A DNA stretch of 64,000 bases from the human T2T-CHM13v2.0 reference genome, Homo sapiens, in assembly GCF_009914755.1 (NCBI RefSeq), contig NC_060925.1. One strand, 5' to 3'. Below are positions 63,020 through 64,000 of this stretch, piece by piece. Within the stretch, counting starts at the first letter, position 1. The number at the start of each line of letters is the position of its first letter. Made by a program: the position numbers and the translations under genes. The notes beneath the pieces are model-generated. The model saw nothing but the letters and a program-made list of their open reading frames with translations. It searched no databases and was not told where the DNA came from.

Positions 63020-63070
63020 GGAGGCCTGTGCTGGGAGCTGGGAGGCCTGTGCTGGGAGCTGGGAGACCTG
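63020..63070. repeat. 21-bp tandem repeat (about 2.5 copies)
   Basis: GGAGGCCTGTGCTGGGAGCTG twice plus a partial copy. Confidence 0.9.
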
Positions 63071-64000
63071 CGTTCTAGCTTCTGCTTCCCCACCCTCCCA
63101 CCCTCACTCCACATCGAACTCTACATTGTTTCTCTGCAGACAGAAAAAGCCTAGGGACTAGGCTGAGGTGCCAACAGGGACCTCTCTCGGTAGCCGTGGG
63201 GAGGCCCTCCTTTCCGCCACACAGTCACGTATTAGGAATGACAGACAACCACAGCCACTCAGCACTCACTACATGCCAGGCCCTGCTCCCTACACACTCA
63301 CACACACTTATCCCTCGTCACACCCCATGAGAGAAGTTACTATTCTCATGTTTTAGTTGGGGAAATGGAGACAGATTGATTTGCCCAAGGTCACACAGCT
63401 AGGAAAAGTCAGGGCTGGGAATGAACCCTTGCGGTCTAGCCTCCCGGCCGACACTCCTGGCCACTGCACCACAGTGTCCTTCCCTGTGTGGATCCATTCA
63501 GGACCTGGTCTGAGCTGCCCTCTCACCACTGCAGCAGCAGAGCCTTGGGCAAACCCTCTCTTCACGCTTTTCAGCCCCAGTCGGTCAACACGCAGAGTGA
63601 CATCTAGAGATTCTGTAGTGTACAGATGCAAGATCTGAAGGTCCCTTAGAGAGCGATTGGTTCAGGGCACCCAAACTGGCATCGTCAGCACACAGCTGCT
63701 TCCGTGGTTTCTGCCATTTATAGCATCATTTGTACTCGCTGTTTTCCTAATGATTTTCTTTATATATGCTCACTCCCCGACCCCTTTTTACTTGTCGTTA
63801 GCATTAATATCCACAAAATTGTGAGATGTATGTGCCAATTATGTTTTTTTCTAATACACATTAACGTAATTACATAACTACTACAGTAAAAAGTGTACTT
63901 CTGGGTACCACCTAAAATCGCCTCGCGTGTGTACACCGTGCTTTGCGAGACCACGGGCTAGTTTAATGTGCTCTATCCGGAGAGGATATCTGGAGAGGCT

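Overview
Mammalian, primate-type genomic DNA, recognised as the human CACNA1S-ASCL5 locus (1q32.1). The minus strand carries coding exons 1-22 of CACNA1S (Cav1.1 alpha-1S). The exons join in frame with GT-AG boundaries to give 2853 nt (codons 1-951), and the gene continues past the left edge. Introns 1 and 13 are minor-spliceosome (U12-type) introns. Upstream on the same strand is ASCL5, with a single coding exon (206 aa bHLH) in a CpG island, a 5' leader rich in upstream ATGs, and a probable non-coding first exon near 62.1 kb. The rest is Alus, MIR/L2, MaLR and ERV LTRs, DNA transposons and simple repeats. The most unusual observations are four. (1) A decayed copy of the IS6 exon sits in CACNA1S intron 7 (about 20962-21066), resembling a lost mutually exclusive exon-8/8a partner; a weaker exon-21/22-like vestige lies in intron 19. 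(2) A 1.8-kb TSD-flanked processed mRNA retrocopy splits a MIR in intron 2. (3) A duplicated U12 branch point could allow a 14-aa in-frame extension of exon 2. (4) An Alu is interrupted by about 225 bp of foreign sequence. No wholly new multi-gene system can be supported from sequence alone. Repeat subfamily names are from recall, not from a RepeatMasker run.
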